Shown: piece by piece, positions 11,578-25,272 of the stretch
How the letters are laid out: each line of letters starts with the position of its first letter
How positions within the stretch are numbered: the first letter of the stretch is position 1
DNA from: Eledone cirrhosa
Lineage: Eukaryota
Length of the DNA stretch: 64,000 nucleotides
Reading direction: 5' to 3'
Assembly (NCBI GenBank): GCA_964016885.1
Contig: OZ024747.1
Location: 34,472,001 to 34,536,000, forward strand
Made by a program: the position numbers and the translations under genes
The notes under the pieces: model-generated
The model's input: only the letters and a program-made list of their open reading frames with translations
What the model was told of the DNA's origin: nothing
The model's database searches: none

Positions 11578-14269
11578 AGTTACTATTCTTCAATTACCTT
11601 ACAGGTCCTTACGGCCGCCTTGGACTTTGCCGAGACGCTAGCGCTCATCACCGACCAGGAAAGAAATACCATCCTCCACGCCAGGAAGTCAGTCCTACTT
11701 TTCGACAACTCCAAATGGATAAATAGAGCTCCCAACTCCCTCTTCGACGTCAGTATGGGCGCGACGGATTCGGCCGAGGTCACAGATCTTATAGGATTAT
11801 TCCTAGTAGTTAAACTCACCGATATGTTTCCTGCATTCGGCGGTGGATTGTACTGCGATGATGGGCTCCTTACCCTTAAAGACCGGGTCCGTAAACAATT
11901 AATCAGCTTCTTCGCGACTGAGGATATAAAATAACCCTACAAACGTCCCTAACCCGAGTAAATTCCAGAACGTTACACTTGACCTCGATAATGATCTGTA
12001 CTACCCATACAGGAAACCAAACAACAACCTGCACTACATCCACCGCCGGTCAAACCATCCTAGAAACATTACCAATAACCTGGTTAAAAACATCTCCCTC
12101 CGCATATCTCCTTTGTCCGCTAATGAGCAGATATTCGAGGAACATGCGCCTTATTACAACCAGGCCCTCAAGCGGAGTGACTTCCGGGAGGAAATATCCT
12201 ACTGTCCAGCTTCCATTAGCGGAACCAGCAGGCGACACCGCCGCTAACGCAACGTGACATGGTTCAATCCTCCCCACAACGCCTAGATGACAACAACTAT
12301 TGGGAAAATCATCTTTAGGTTCATCGAAAAACACTTCCCACTACAACACCGCTACCACAACATAATCAACAAAAATACCATCAAACTCTCCTACAGTACC
12401 ACACCTAACGTTGCACAAAACATCGTCTCCTCTAACAATAAAAAACTGAACCCCTATGGAAGAAATAACCTAGATAGCAATGAAGATCCGACCAGGAGGT
12501 GTACATGTCCTGATGGATCCATTTTCCTCCTCGACAATAGATGCAGAGATCGTAATGTGATCTACCAGTGCAACGTGAGGACGGACACCTCCAACAAAGC
12601 TTATATAGGATTAACCCCTTGCGACTTCAAGACCCGGCTATACCAACACATACATACTTTCCGAACCCGGCCCGGTGTCACGCCACTACACTTTCGGGCC
12701 ACATATGGGACCTCAAAGATAACAATATAACTTATAATCTCACTAGGAGCATTTCTGTCCAGAGCCAACTCTTACACGGGAGGACGCCGTCCGTGTAACA
12801 TATGCTCGGAGAAAACATTAGAAATGTTGTTTTCGACGGATCAACTCCTAAACATGAAAGACGAACTGGTAACTGCATGCAAACACAGATTGCGTAGAGC
12901 TTACCTCGCCCTCAAACGCCATCTTGATCCGGGGGGGGGGGGGGTAGACAGGAGCTGTAACACCCCACTTGCCGACTTTGTAATGGGTTACCCCTGCTTA
13001 CAAAGGTAGACGTAAGATTTTCTTATATATTTTTTATCGTTTCCACTATATTTACTTCTTCCCCCATCCATTCCTAGTCCTTCCACCCCAGATCTCCTTA
13101 TTTGTCGTCGTTCTGTTCACCTTCTCGCCCACCCCGAGGCAGCCCTTCGGTCCTCTGTAGCCTCAGTACACCCCATCCCCAACCCCTATTCTATGATTGA
13201 ATTGGCCGACTCCGCTTTTTATAGCAGATGTGCTAGACCCCAGATACTTGCTTTCTTATCTCATTGCTGCCCTATTTCCGTGATTTCTAGATTTCTTAGA
13301 GGTATCTCTGCTTTAGTTTCTCGTATATCAGTATTTATTTTTTATTGTGAGGGGGGGGGGGGGGATTCTGAATTAATTTTTCGTATTAAATTTTTCGTAT
13401 TAGTTTTTCATATATATCGTACGTGCATTTATGTAGTTTGTATTAGAATGTATGTATTGTAGCGGTACTCTGATATATCGTATTTGTATACATTTTCGGG
13501 ATTCTGAATTAATATTTTGTATTAGTTTAGGGACTCTGAATTATTATTTCGTTTTAGTTTTTTTCTTTTTTTTAGTATTTTGGCCCCCTACTTGTTGACC
13601 TGTCATTGTAAGATAGATTTGGCCGATTACTACTAACTCATAAAATTATTTCACTACAATCTCGTATTTAGTATTCCGTCCAACCTATTAAACTTTTCTA
13701 TAGTTTAGCAGTACCATTGAGATATTTGATGATTGTGGTAGGGGAATACTAACCAGAAATTGTGTTTTTTATATTTTTAATATTCTTATATTTTTCTATA
13801 TATTTACTCCATATAGATTTACTTATTGTTTCGTTTTCCTCCCCCCCCCCCCTCCCCCTCTCTATTATACTTCTCTCGACCTCTTATCCTTAGGATTCTG
13901 CTGTAGTTGTCACTGTCGACGCACGACTGGGTTTCCTCCACTCCCTCTCCCTCTTTCTTTTACTGGCAAGTTCAGCTACCCCTTCCTTCCTCAAAATGCC
14001 TTGATGGAATTATGTGTCTCAACAACAAACTTTTAACCAATCCTTGCGACAATCACTTTTATCATATATGGAATTACCCCCCCCCCCCTGAGAAGCTCGG
14101 CTATTCATTTATCAGGATAAAAATATTTATTTAGTCCAGAATTAGCCGTCAAAACGGCTTGAGCTCAGCCGTCGGCGTCCTACTCATTCCTATTACTCAC
14201 TCTACTACCCTAAGTATTAAGTACTTTGGTGCGTTATGGTCCATCTGGTTCCTTACCACATTTCCTTCG

Positions 14270-14270
<1 letters not shown>
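11578..14270 (+). mobile_element. Naiad-like PLE, 5'-truncated (RT, GIY-YIG, long 3' repeat)
   Basis: FDVSMGATDSAEVTDLIG, GGLYCDDGL, WFNPP, HRYHNIINKNTIKLSYS, VIY..YIGLT..FKTR, LLN.K.EL..ACKH; frameshifted. Confidence 0.88.
14084..14177 (+). ncRNA. Degenerate type I hammerhead with full stem III
   Basis: CCCC-CUGAGAA-..CGGCUA...UAGCCG..-AAAA-CGGCU(UGAGCUC)AGCCG-UC-GGCG; two core positions mutated. Confidence 0.5.
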
Positions 14271-14316
<46 letters not shown>

Positions 14317-17300
14317 ATGTGGGGAATGTGGAGTTACCCCTTAGTTGTCATGACTCCCAGGGCTGCCCTGGCCCGGGGTGGTAGTAACTGTTAGGGCTCC
14401 ATTTATGGGTTAAATAACTACCTTATTCGAGTGGCGCCGGTAAGGTATTGTCAGCCATTGAAAAGAAATATGGAGAGTCGATCTAACAGCACTAGGGTTA
14501 GAGCCCCTAATTACACTGTCAAGGAGCAGCCTGGTCGTTATGACTCTGCTGGCTTAGAGCCACAGAGAGGGCCAGTGGATGATGGATCAGCTGTCTCTGA
14601 GACAAATATAAAGAATGCAGTTTTGTCCTGCAGAAGATCCATCAAAATGGGCACTTTGTATGTGAGGACTATTCGGACGCTGGAGAAGAGAGAGGAGTTG
14701 GGACATCTGTTCGAGGAGAGTGGTATACAGATACTTGCGATCAAAGAACACAGGATCCTACACGATGAGCCCGTAAGGAGTGTGATGATCGGGAAGAAGA
14801 GCCAGCTTATCACTACATCGGCAGTGAAGAACACAACAAATGCTGCAGTAGGAGGAGTGGGTTTTGTGTTCAGTTCAAAAACCAATCTGTTGGTGAGGGA
14901 AATAATGCTATTCCCCCGCGAGTGTTGAGGGTGACCTTCAATGGAAACCCAAGACTGACAGTCATCTCAGCCTATAGTCCAACCGAGGGGGACAGTGATG
15001 TGAGTGCGGAATAGTTCCATGAGGAGGTGTGTAGAGCTGTCAACACCACTTAGGCACACAATATCCTGCTTGTTTGGGGGGACATCAATGCACATGTGAG
15101 TAAGGAGGGCAGTGAAGATCCTTGCTGGTACTTCCATAACAACACCAACCGAAATGGAAGACTACTGAGAGACACCCTGCTGGAGGCGAACTTGACGGCG
15201 ACAAACCTAAGGTTTAGGAAGAATCTGGGGAAGATGTGGACCTACATCTCAGATATGCACCTGTCCAAGTCCCAGATTGATTTCATTCTGGTGAGGAAAA
15301 AGTGGCGGAATAGTGTTCTGAACACGGAACCATACAGCTATTTCAGTACACTGGGTAGTGACCACTGGCTTGTTATGAGTGAGGTCCGGGTGAGCTTAAT
15401 AAAGAACAATCTATGACTGGGGAGCTTTCAAGGAAGATGATAAGCTACAGGAGAGGTTCACAGTGGAAGTGAGAAACAGGTTTTAGTGCTCTGTGTGGAG
15501 AGTCAGAGGAGAGAGAGATTGGATGGACTGAGTAGAGGGTGACGAGGAGGTACGGGTACTTCACCAATGCAGTGGCGGAAGCAAGTGAAACCCTGGTGCC
15601 GAGGAAAAAGAACAAAGAGAAGCACGTCAGCTCTGCAAACCCAAAAGTGTGTGCAACCAGAGAACACCTGAAAGCTGCCAGGGACCAATTCTATGCTGAT
15701 CCTGCGGAGGAGAGGATGGAGATTGTGGAGATTTGATGAGGGAAGAGCTCTGTACCGCTTACACTGAGGTCAGAGAGGAGGCACTGATAGAGAAGATCAG
15801 AAGTGTGGAGAGAGCGGTTGACAGATCTGGATATAAGGAGAGCTGGATGATCATCAACGAGATCACAGGGAGGAAGATAAGGTGTTCGAGTCAGATCCAA
15901 GGAACGGGGCCCGAGGATAGGAAAGGAAATGGCTAGACCATTTAAGGACCCTACTTGGAGAGCCAACCTCCACAGCCCAGAGCACTGGGAAGATCAGGCG
16001 GCTGTTTGAGGAACTGGATGTTGAGACAGAGCCCTTCACCAGAGAGGAACTTCAGAGAGCCAAGAAGAGGATCAAGGAGGGCAAGGCTCATGGAGAAGAT
16101 GGAGTGGCATCAGAGGTGATGAAGAGGTGTGATTTTGATGATATCATCCTGGGATTCTGTAACGGGGCACTGGAGAAAGGAGTTGCCCCGAATCAGTGGA
16201 GGATCAGTAACATCGTCCCAGTGCCAAAGAAGGGAGATCTCTCTAACACCAACAACTACCGGAGCATCTCACTGACGTCACTTGTGGCAAAGACCCTCAA
16301 AAGGATGATTCTTAACAGGATCCAGCCTGAGATGGAGAAGTTCAGGGACAACCAGAACGGCTTCAGAGAGGGTAGATCAACCACCAATCACATCCTGATG
16401 CTGAGGAGGATATTAGAGGGAGCTAGAGCAAAGTGCTTTCCTGCGGTCATGGTTTTCATTGATTTTAGGAAGGCCTTTGATTCTGTGGACCCTTACTGCC
16501 TGATGAAGATCTTACATGCTTATGGAATCCCCAAGAAGATAGTGGACCTGATATCACTGCTCTACACCAACACCAAATCCCAAGTCATTACTCCTGATGG
16601 GATGACAGAATTCTGTGAGATACTGGCTGGAGTGCTCCAGGGAGATATATTGGCTCCCTACCTTTTTATCATTGTAGTGGACTATTGTATGCGCCTTGCA
16701 CTGGAGAAACACCAGGACTCTGGCTTTACTGTAGCACCGGCTCAGAGCAGGAGAGTTAGGGCGAAAAAGGTATCGGATGCAGAATTTGCCGACGACATAG
16801 TTTTGGTGACCAATACAGTGAAGGAGGCAGAAGATTTGATGCGGGAGGTTGAGACTGTGTCGATGAGTGTGGGGCTGAGAATGAATGAGACTAAAACAAA
16901 ATATCTGGTAGAGTATGTTGAGAAGCCAGAGGGGATCACTAATGTAGGCGGGAAGCCGCTGGAATTGGTTGAGGACTTCCTGTATTTGGGAACAAAGATT
17001 GGGAATACGGAAGATGATGTGGTTGAGAGGAACACCAATGCCTGGGCGGCGTGCCACAGCTTGAGATGGGTGTGGGAGTCGGATCTTCGTAGAGACCTGA
17101 AAATCCTGCTCTTCATTGCTGTAGTGGAGTCTGTGCTGCTGTATGGGTCTGAGACTTGGACACTAACCAAGAAACTCACTCAGATGGTGGATGGGTGCTA
17201 CACGAGAATGCTGAGGATGGCTCTGAACATTAATCAGTATACACTGAGGATGAAAAACTCAGAGCTGTATGGGAGCATCCCAAAAGTCAGCTCAAAAGTG

Positions 17301-17543
17301 ACACAGAGGAGACTGAGGTTAGCTGGACATGCTCACCGACATCCAGAGTTGACATTGCACTCAGTGCTCCTTTGGGAGCCCCTACATGGACACACTAGAA
17401 GAGGAAGACCAAGGTTAACGTATGTTGATTCCCTAAGGACAGACACTGGTCTGTTGGAGACGCAAGACATGGCACCGATAATGAGGGACAGAGACCGCTG
17501 GAGAGAACTCGTCCATGGATCTCGGGAATTTTACCCGCCTTAA
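14317..17543 (+). mobile_element. RTE-clade LINE, near full length
   Basis: APE (GT.YVRT, IKEHR, ISAYSPT, GD.NAH, SQIDFIL, SDH) and RT; flanked by (TA)n; sister copy at 56887-60140. Confidence 0.95.
16104..17543 (+). CDS. Residual open reverse transcriptase frame of the RTE LINE (479 aa)
   Basis: PKKGD..NYR.ISL, NQNGFR, FIDFRKAFDSV, GVLQGD.LAPYLF, EFADD, FLYLG, LLYGSETW, RRLRLAGH, RGRP; the upstream part of the ORF is disrupted. Confidence 0.85.
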   Translation: MASEVMKRCDFDDIILGFCNGALEKGVAPNQWRISNIVPVPKKGDLSNTNNYRSISLTSLVAKTLKRMILNRIQPEMEKFRDNQNGFREGRSTTNHILMLRRILEGARAKCFPAVMVFIDFRKAFDSVDPYCLMKILHAYGIPKKIVDLISLLYTNTKSQVITPDGMTEFCEILAGVLQGDILAPYLFIIVVDYCMRLALEKHQDSGFTVAPAQSRRVRAKKVSDAEFADDIVLVTNTVKEAEDLMREVETVSMSVGLRMNETKTKYLVEYVEKPEGITNVGGKPLELVEDFLYLGTKIGNTEDDVVERNTNAWAACHSLRWVWESDLRRDLKILLFIAVVESVLLYGSETWTLTKKLTQMVDGCYTRMLRMALNINQYTLRMKNSELYGSIPKVSSKVTQRRLRLAGHAHRHPELTLHSVLLWEPLHGHTRRGRPRLTYVDSLRTDTGLLETQDMAPIMRDRDRWRELVHGSREFYPP

Positions 17544-17569
17544 ATATATATATATATATATATATATTT

Positions 17570-17885
17570 AATACAATAACAGATATAGTTTAAAGCTAAA
17601 CTCTGACTGGTAACCATCTCACTCAACAAACATTAGGTTATATTAAAATATAAACCCAATTTAAGTGTTTGGGGTGCTAACAATATGTATAATGTGGAAA
17701 AACCAGTTGTATTATTTTATGAGATATAATTAAAGTTAAAGTATATCTCCCTTTCCAAACAATTGTTTCATTATAAATTTTCTACAAGTTTGGGAGAATG
17801 TTTCCAGTTTATGTAGAAGCCTAATATATATTCATGTAAGAATATATTTAGGTGGGCACTTATAAATCATCAGTGGAAGCCCATT
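17570..17885 (-). mobile_element. ORF-less ~310 bp HHR-bearing repeat (second copy 61345-61655, plus strand)
   Basis: The two copies are diverged reverse complements; both abut (TA)n at their 3' end. Confidence 0.8.
17753..17878 (-). ncRNA. Type I hammerhead ribozyme, long stem II
   Basis: UUCCA-CUGAUGA-U-UUAUAAG...UUUAUAA-U-GAAA-CAAUUG-UU-UGGAA. Confidence 0.85.
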
Positions 17886-18068
17886 AAACATTGATATAAG
17901 AAAACAATTTCTTACCGCTGTCAATAATCATGTCCGTAAAGTTGCTCTCTCTCACATCGAATGACCGCCAAATTTGAAATTCCATCAGTTTTTGACTGAG
18001 GAAGTATCGTAGCGACACGAAGCGGGAAGGTGGACAACCCACGAAATGAGGAAAAAAAATAATAATAT

Positions 18069-18425
18069 ACACGCGGGTTAATTAGTTTTTTTGAAAACAT
18101 TATCAATCCAACGTGTTTAAGAACTCAATTGAAAATAAAAAAATAAATATATGCTTGTATAAATTACACACGCATATAGATATTTTCTTAGGCTAAATCA
18201 GAAGTTGTACCCGAATAAGAACCGCTTCTCATAACCGCAGTAAATGCAGAAAGTTATGCTATAATGGGCAAATGGGAATATAATTCTCCGGTCGAATTAT
18301 TAAGAGTAAAATATAAAACACACGCGGGTTAATTAGTTATTTCAAAACCAATATTAATTCCTCGTGTAAAGAACTCAATTAATAAAAGAAAATAAATACA
18401 TATATGCATGTAATTATATACGTAG
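18069..18425 (+). repeat. Diverged direct repeat (~110 bp, 18069 and 18320)
   Basis: Both begin acacgcgggttaattagtt and share aagaactcaatt. Confidence 0.7.
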
Positions 18426-18560
18426 GCATATATATATATTTTCATATATATATGTGTGTGTGTGTGTGTGTCTCTGTTGGTAGCTAAGATGCTTCAACAG
18501 GCGGTTATCCCGGTTGAGCACTCTCTCTCAATCTCTCTCTCTGTCTCTCTCTCTCTCTCA

Positions 18561-18599
<39 letters not shown>

Positions 18600-19492
18600 T
18601 GCAGATCCACATATGCATCTATATATATATATATATATAGATGCATATGTGGGTCTGCATATATGTGCATATGCCCCTGAGTGCGTGTGTACACATATTT
18701 ATTTATTTATTTTCCTTTTTATATCCTTTCACACAATATGCCCTGAATCGGTAACTTTCCCCTACCCGCAGTGTTTTAACAACCCCTCCAAACAATATTT
18801 TTTAAATGAATATCTTCTTTATAGTCATTTCTATGGTCTTTTCAAACACTTGCCTCATACCATAATTCCTCATTTATACATATTTTCATACACTAACCTC
18901 ATACCATCTCATCACCTCATTAATTCTTTATAGCATAAATCTTCTTTAACGTTGTCTAAACGGTAAAAACTACCCTCTTATGTCCACCCACTATACCGTG
19001 ACAAACGGATGACCAGCAAAACCCCACTACCCTTAGTACAACACCTCATTTGTCCATGTCCTATCAGACTCAACCCTACCACATCCACACCACACACAGC
19101 ACCTCCGTCTCAACACGTACTCGCTGACATATCTATGGCAAGCCAAAACACCACACCCCAACTCACACCAACCATCGCTCCACCACCACTACCTCGTCAC
19201 TATGCTCAACCCCACCTATTATACATGCCAAAACATTCGTCATAACTAAACCACCAAGCAAAAAGACATATACTGACCAACATATGAACGCGAAACGTTA
19301 GACATTTCTATGCCTTATATATTCATTCTGTCATCACTACAGCAGAGGTCCAACGAGCCTTTGATTCCATAGTCGGGCCAGATTTATACAGATGGAAACT
19401 TGAGCTGATCAATAGTGAAACGCGCGTCACCAATCAATAAACGAAATGCGGGCTTAACAAATATTATATAAAACGGATAATGTCCCACTACC

Positions 19493-19687
<195 letters not shown>

Positions 19688-19694
19688 TACATAT

Positions 19695-22600
19695 ATGGTG
19701 AAAGAGTGAAGAATAACATGATCAACAGTACAAACAGGTTTTATTTACAGTATTAACAATTGTTTCATTGATTAGGGTGTCTAAAATGTGTTAATCACAT
19801 GAAATTGTGTCATTCAATTTTAAATACATACATGCCTAATCAAATCATCGGAATAACTGATAAAAATTATACGCGGCGTTTGTAATATACTAGGAGAATA
19901 CAAATAAAAACATCAGTAATAAAGAAAGAAAAAGAAAAAAGAGAAGAGAAAATGAGAGAGTGAAAATAAAAAAATAAAAATAATAAAAAATAATAAATAA
20001 GTTAGAATGACGATGGTAAAAAATAAGTAAAAAATATATATGTGAAAATAATGAACATAATATGATTGTTGAAAATAGTTGTGGTGGTGCTTAAAGTTAT
20101 AGTGGTGTGTAAGTATAAATATGTGGTGGTATAAATATGAAAATATTAAATATAGCACATAACTTAGATAAGGAATTTAATAACCTCCAAGGAGGAATTT
20201 ATAGAGACGGTACACTCCTTTTACCTAAAAACTTAAGTAATCAAAACTTGGAAAGATTACGTAAAAACATTAGGATCTTCTTCAATAAACGAAAGTAAAG
20301 ATGATGTTGATGGTGGGGATGATGACGGCGTTGGTAATATGGGTGGTTACACCTGGATGGTGTTAGTGCCGAAGTTAACCTATATGTAAGTCTGAATGTA
20401 AGGAAAAAAGATAGGAAAATAAAATATAATAAAGGAAAATAAATAGAATACAAAGAAGCAAACATATATAATAAACAAAAAATAGGCACAGTATTGGGTC
20501 GTCAAGTATGACATCTGTAGAAATTTGTTTTTTTTTGTTCTACACATCTCTACAAATTTGACACCCTTCGACCCAATAATAAAAAAGCTAAAGCAGAAAC
20601 TACCCACTGCAATAACCTTATGGCTAGGCCTAGGTATCACTTTCGAACTTAATTCTAAAAAAGCTAACTTCTTAGATGTATCACTCAACCTAAACACAGG
20701 ACTAATAGAGCCCTTCCATAATAATAACGAAAATCTAGCCTACATTAGTTATAACTCAAACCACCCTCGCTCCATAATTAACTCCATAGCATATGGTGTA
20801 TCCCTCTGTAATTTCACGCTTATCTTCTAACCTAGAGATGTTTAATGAACACGCGAACTACTATAACATAGCTTTACTTAAGGCAGGCCACAAAGAGAGG
20901 CTCAAATACATACCAGAAATAAACAACAACACACTTAACAACAATAACACCACCCACACCTATAGAAATAACAAATATAGGACTAAACATAGAAATAGAC
21001 AACGGGCAGGAGAAATAAATGAACCGAATACTAATATAAGGACCCCTAGGAACTATAGAAGATCCAGAGATAGCAAATACTTATTGTTCAATCCAATATT
21101 TAACTCCTCTATATAAACCAAACTACCTTCTACATTTTTAAACTAATTGACAAGCAGTTCGCTAAACTTCACAAATACCATAAAATCTTTAATAAAAAAA
21201 CTAGCAAACTGTCTTACTCTATTGCAACCAGCATAGAATCACACATACATAAAATTAACTATAAAATAATCTCTAATGAAAATAACCTACAAACAAACAC
21301 CATAATACCAAATGCAAAACATAAACACATAACAACATCACAACCACACACACGTCAGAACGCATCACAAAAAAACATCAACAAACCCTAATCTCAGTCC
21401 ATACATGACAACATACAAAACACCATCGGATAACATGCACACAGGAAGGCCTCCAAATATAACTGTCACTTACCGGATAAGTGCCCACCCAAAAATAGAT
21501 GCCTGTAATCAAATATAGTGTACCTGTGTACTATAAATTCGGGCAACTTAGCATGGCACTACATAGGTTTTACGGCTGGAGAGTTCAAAGAAAAGATGGT
21601 ACGTTCACAGACATTCTATAAAGAACCATAAACTAATGAACATAACGCTGGCCAATAAAATCTGGCAGCTAAAGGATACATACCAAGAATACAGGATTAG
21701 CTGGTCGAAATTATCGGTTGCAAAAGCATACGTTAATGGAATGTTCCACTGCGGACTTTGCAATATGGAGTTGTTCCATATTTTGAAGTATGACAAAATG
21801 CTGCTGAACAGCAAAATAGAACGATCAATTTTCATGATTCGATCCAACAATCCCATAATTCAAGCTGAACCATTTAGAGTCTTTTATAATAACCCACTAT
21901 TATTAACTCTCAATAGACCAACTAATCACTAAATCAACATTATAATCTCCTAACCTCTATTTCTTTCACTAAAACTATTTCACCTCTTCCATTATATCTT
22001 ATCATGTTCTCTTCACCTCTCACATAACTTCCAATTTATTAATTTATTCTTTATTTATCATTGTGTTATTTCTTCCTAATATAACCCTCTTTTATTTAAC
22101 CAATACATATGTATATATTTAATATTTTCATATTTATACCATCACATATAAATTTACACACCACTATAAATTTAACCAAGACACCACCACAACTACTATT
22201 TTCAACAATAATATTATGTTCATTTTTTTCACATATATAAGTTTTTATTTTTTTTTTACCATCTTCATTCTAACTTATTCATTATTATTTATTGTTTTAT
22301 TCTTTTTTCTTTTTCTTTCTTTATTGCTGATATTGTTATTTGAATTCTCCTAGTAACAAACGCCCTGCATAATTTTTATCAGTTATTCCGATGATTTCAT
22401 TAGGCATGCATGTATTTAAAATTGAGTGACACAACTTCAAGTGATTAGCACTTTTTAGACATCCTAATCAATGAAACAATTGTTAATACCATGTTATTGT
22501 TGTAATACCATGTTATTCTTCACTCTTTCACTATTATTACTCCAACATTAACCTGCATAGGAATTCCCGAGAACTCGCCACCTAACTAAGGAAACCTCTT

Positions 22601-22695
22601 GTTAAGTGAAACAACGCCGTACGTTAAAGCTATCCACAATACAGAGTACTCACAACCTCTAACTGGACTACCTATAACGATAATTTGTTATCCCA
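19695..22695 (+). mobile_element. Naiad-like PLE with inverted 5' copy of its 3' repeat
   Basis: 19695-20155 is the reverse complement of ~22110-22530; ORF remnants GGIYRDG (~20190), ANFLDVSLNL, SNHP, LFNP, KYHKIFNK..KLSYS, YIG, LANKIWQLK, CGLC; unrelated insert at ~20295-20620. Confidence 0.88.
22384..22488 (+). ncRNA. Type I hammerhead, CCGAUGA core variant (mirror copy 19751-19855, minus)
   Basis: UAUU-CCGAUGA-U-UU(C/G)AUUAGG...CCUAAUCAA-U-GAAA-CAAUUG-UU-AAUA. Confidence 0.7.
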
Positions 22696-22854
22696 TATAT
22701 ATATATATATATATATAAATTATATGTAACAACATATGAAATGTATCTGTAGTTCCTGGTACCTCATAAAATTCTACTCAATTTTTTTGAATGTGCTACT
22801 TCTCGTTTTAACCTCTATCCCCCTCACTCACCCCTTTGTTCTGTACACACACAT

Positions 22855-22896
<42 letters not shown>

Positions 22897-22959
22897 GCAC
22901 ACATACAAACACACACACACAGATATATGTATTCTTATTTATACATAAGAAAGTATATA

Positions 22960-24115
<1,156 letters not shown>

Positions 24116-24209
24116 CATATATACATATGCGTATATGTACGTAGCATGATATTTATATAAAACGTCTTTGATGTATAAAATATCTGGAAGATGAAACGGA
24201 CCAGTCAAC

Positions 24210-24385
24210 TGTTCAAAATTCATTGCGTCATTTGCCAGAAAATCCTTTGTGCAAATATTTCGAATTTATAACTTAATGATGAGATGAAAGTAGTTGTGTA
24301 AATTGTGAATTTCCTCAATGTACAATTTGCTTTCACTCATAGACAAATTCATACAATTCAAGAAGAAATACATACCCATTTTGAT
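24210..24385 (+). pseudogene. hAT (Charlie/SPIN-like) transposase remnant
   Basis: KIHCVICQKILCA...MKVVV*IVNFLN...THRQ resembles the HCxxHQExLC...VVKIVNFI...HRQF signature. Confidence 0.7.
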
Positions 24386-24398
24386 TGTATATATAAGT

Positions 24399-24431
<33 letters not shown>

Positions 24432-24483
24432 CTTCCATAGAATCACCTTAGGTGTAATTTTTGTAACACTACATTATTATACG

Positions 24484-24567
<84 letters not shown>

Positions 24568-24872
24568 TCATTATTCGTTTTATTCTCAACTGACATAAAT
24601 GTTAGTAATATTATATATATGTTATTATTAATGTTGTTATGAAAGTAGTTATTATTTAAGGTTATAGTATGAAGTTTCTGGAATTCCTGTTAGTAATGAT
24701 ATTCATGTTTTGGTGAACACGCGTGGTCGATCTTTGGCTCAACTTATCTCTAACTCTTTGTTGCTGTGTGGGATGATATGTAATTCAAGAATTGATAGTC
24801 AGGCAGTGAATAGTTCGCAGATTCATAATATATGGGAAATAAATGTATTAGATATATTGAATTTAAATTTAC

Positions 24873-25272
24873 TTTTGAAAGGAAACGATGTGAGTGAGTC
24901 CTTATAACATCGATGATCATTCTTTGATAAAGTTCGTTATTGTGAATCTCACTGATAACGAAATTTGTTACGAAAATCGACTCGTCACATTTCTTTGACA
25001 ACGAAGAGCAATCGAGTTTCTTGAGCAAGCTACTATGTTGGTCGAAGCTCATAGTACTGTGATTATGTTCTCTTTCTTTGGTAAGAAGACCTCTTAGTTC
25101 AATCAAGTATTCAGAAATGCCATCCGACAGGAGACCAGGGGTACACTCTGAGAAAGATGGTTGGCTAACGGGTGTTCCCGCATCGGCGTCCAGTCGGACT
25201 ATTTGTAGATTGTTGCTTCTGTGGCGATTCACTTGAAGGTGTTTGCGTGAGGACACCGCAGCTACGAACTTC
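24873..25272 (-). CDS. Candidate internal exon of an unidentified host gene (400 nt)
   Basis: Polypyrimidine acceptor ttttctgtttcttctttttag, stop-free frame KFVAAVSSRKH...RTHSHRFLSK, donor AAA/gtaaat at a codon boundary; non-repetitive, higher GC than flanks. Confidence 0.55.
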
